A DNA stretch of 26,791 bases from an uncultured Oscillospiraceae bacterium (GTDB taxonomy: Bacteria; Bacillota; Clostridia; Oscillospirales; Oscillospiraceae), in contig CAZUKJ010000001.1 in assembly GCA_964620855.1 (NCBI GenBank), positions 1-26,791 of the forward strand, in the 5' to 3' direction. A model generated the notes under the pieces. It searched no databases, was not told the DNA's origin, and saw only the letters and a list, made by a program, of their open reading frames with translations. Positions 25,266 to 26,791 of the stretch are shown piece after piece. The stretch's first letter is position 1, and each line of letters starts with the position of its first letter. The position numbers were made by a program, and so were the translations under genes.

Positions 25266-25317
25266 GCTCGGTCTGGTTACAGAGGGCGAACTCGTCTTTT
25301 ACGACGTCGGCAATTAA
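25039..25317 (+). CDS. divIC: Septum formation initiator DivIC/FtsB family
   Basis: Basic N-terminus, one TM, coiled coil, IARSKLGLV..GE..FYD; synteny. Confidence 0.88.
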   Translation: MKFKRSSLITKLIILVLAVYATVTLVSLQSQIQDKRAEAAALQAQITASEQENQRLSEAIEEANTASGVQDIARSKLGLVTEGELVFYDVGN

Positions 25318-25341
25318 CAAAAGGAGGACTTCCGTCGGCAC

Positions 25342-25857
25342 ATGGAGTTTGAAATCGGTTCTGTTATTGAGGGTACTGTCAAATCAATTACCAACTTCGG
25401 CGCATTTGTTGCGCTCCCCAACGGCAAAACAGGAATGGTGCACATTTCTGAGGTTGCCAACACATATGTCAGTGATATCCGCGAGCACCTGCAGGAGGGT
25501 CAGGAGGTCAAAGTCAAGGTTCTTTCCATTGACCCGGCCGGCAAAATCGGCCTTTCAATCAAGAAAGCGCTTCCGCCTGCTCCGCGTCCGCCGCGCCAGA
25601 ATTATAACAACAACGGTCCGCGCCCGAATAATAACGGCCCGCGCGCAAACAATAATGGTCCGCGCCCGAATTACAGCAACAACGGTCCGCGCCAGAATTA
25701 CAATAATGGCCCGCGCCCGGCGCAGTCGTTCCAGCCGCAGCAGTCCGAACCGATGGACTTTGAAGCCAAACTCAAGCGCTTCATGGCTGATTCCGATAGC
25801 AAGCTGTCCTCTTCCCGGCAGTATAGCGAGCACCGCACTCGCAGCCGCCGCAAATAA
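25342..25857 (+). CDS. yabR: S1 RNA-binding domain protein (YabR-like) with Asn-rich repeat linker
   Basis: G.V..IT.FGAFV.L..G..GMVHISEVA..YV.DI...L..GQEVKVKV..KI.LSIK; C-terminal FEAKLKRFMADS. Confidence 0.88.
   Translation: MEFEIGSVIEGTVKSITNFGAFVALPNGKTGMVHISEVANTYVSDIREHLQEGQEVKVKVLSIDPAGKIGLSIKKALPPAPRPPRQNYNNNGPRPNNNGPRANNNGPRPNYSNNGPRQNYNNGPRPAQSFQPQQSEPMDFEAKLKRFMADSDSKLSSSRQYSEHRTRSRRK
25591..25719 (+). repeat. Five imperfect in-frame repeats encoding PRx(NY)N2-3G
   Basis: PRQNYNNNG PRPNNNG PRANNNG PRPNYSNNG PRQNYNNG PRP. Confidence 0.9.
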
Positions 25858-25865
25858 GCTTATCA

Positions 25866-26017
25866 AAAGGGAGTGTTGCAAAAAGCAACACTCCCTTATC
25901 AATTTGCAGGAAGCAAATTGCTTCGTGCAACACATCGCCTGCAGGTACGGTGCTCGCTATACCGCCAGGAACACGCGTCCCTATTGCCGCCGATTCTATT
26001 TTTGCAACAGGTCCTTT
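25866..26017. repeat. Nested inverted-repeat element (MITE/REP-like)
   Basis: AAAGGGAGTGTTGCAAAAA (25866-25884) vs TTTTTGCAACAGGTCCTTT (25999-26017) match at 16/19 as inverted repeats; internal hairpins at 25867-25897 and 25905-25930. Confidence 0.5.
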
Positions 26018-26053
26018 CTTCTTTGTCGGAAGCCAAGTTGCCTCCTCAAAGAA

Positions 26054-26094
26054 ATCCGGCCCGTGCTTCAAGGCATGGGCCGGATCATTTTTTT
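26054..26094 (+). terminator. Intrinsic terminator downstream of yabR
   Basis: ATCCGGCCCGTGCT-TCAA-GGCATGGGCCGGAT then CATTTTTTT; its two G-U pairs are valid only on the + strand. Confidence 0.78.
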
Positions 26095-26320
26095 GATTGC
26101 GGGCAAACGACGGTCGTCTTACAAGCCACCCAAGCTGAGCCGCTCCACCGCGGAGTCCGAACAAGAAAACATAGATTCCGGGTCACGGGCATGTGGCCCA
26201 GAACTGTTTGCAGCCATTCCCGCCGGCGCTTTGCGGCAGTTCAAGGCGTTTTTTCGCCGTGCTACTGAATGGAACCAACGACGAAATGCCGCAAATGGCC
26301 AGGGGACGGGGCCAGGTTTC

Positions 26321-26791
26321 TTATGAGGACGCAGCGAACACGCGGCTCTTTTTCAGCAGCGCCGCCAGCGGCAGGCCAAGGCCGTACATCACAACCGCCT
26401 CACCGAGCGCAACGCCGGCGCCGTTGACGATCAGACCCTGCACGAAGGCGTCCGGCGTGTAGACCCACGCCAGCATCGCCCCGACGATCACCGTGTTCGA
26501 AAGGATCGTCGGCAGTGGGATCAGCCATAGCTTTTTGCAGCGCGTTGTGATCGCGCAGCCGATCAGCGTCGCCAGTGTGCCGACGATAATATCAACCGCC
26601 GAGACGGTGGAAAACAGGTTGGCAACCAGGCAGCCAACCGTCAGGCCGATCGCTGTGACCGGTACAAACGCCGGCAGTACGCACAGCGCTTCCGAAATCC
26701 GAAACTGGATCGTGCCGTAAGACAGTGGCCAGAGGATCGTCACGACGGCATAGGCCGCCGCGATCACACCGCACAGCGCAATGGTTTTCGT
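26321..26791 (-). CDS. queT: QueT-family queuosine precursor transporter, 5' end truncated by window edge
   Basis: IAAAY...T....PLSYG.IQFRISEAL..LP, GL.VGC.VAN.FS, DII.GTLAT, V.LGE; frame stays open to the window end. Confidence 0.88.
   Translation of the reverse strand, partial: TKTIALCGVIAAAYAVVTILWPLSYGTIQFRISEALCVLPAFVPVTAIGLTVGCLVANLFSTVSAVDIIVGTLATLIGCAITTRCKKLWLIPLPTILSNTVIVGAMLAWVYTPDAFVQGLIVNGAGVALGEAVVMYGLGLPLAALLKKSRVFAASS

Noticed and set aside
25591..25719. CRISPR-like array
   Set aside because: Repeats are in-frame coding units without unique spacers; no cas genes.
26321..26791. preQ1 riboswitch for queT
   Set aside because: The queT start and leader lie beyond the window edge, so it cannot be assessed.

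Overview
GC-rich chromosomal window from a probable spore-forming Clostridia (yabP-yabQ-divIC-yabR, TIGR04076, QueT, sigmaA-type promoters; Oscillospiraceae-like is only an impression). Contents: a leftward TIGR04076 / D-2-hydroxyacid dehydrogenase / split transketolase operon; a divergent 8-gene shikimate-Phe-Tyr operon (aroF tyrA aroB aroA aroC pheA aroE-aroK fusion aroQ); cytidylate-kinase-like, tcdA and MATE genes; phosphoketolase; a LysR / SDR / Fe-S flavoenzyme (OYE) module; xpaC-like, nfo, DUF1653, cysK; yabP-yabQ-divIC-yabR; partial queT. The best finding is below the ORF-track size cutoff: a 21-aa leader peptide (MMKRTRFAAEYYFYFYFTDKK, 2833-2898) with seven consecutive Tyr/Phe codons. 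It overlaps mutually exclusive protector, antiterminator and terminator helices in front of the aro operon. This looks like a ribosome-dependent Tyr+Phe attenuator in a phylum where T-boxes are the usual control. All calls come from motif reading and hand base-pairing; no searches were run.
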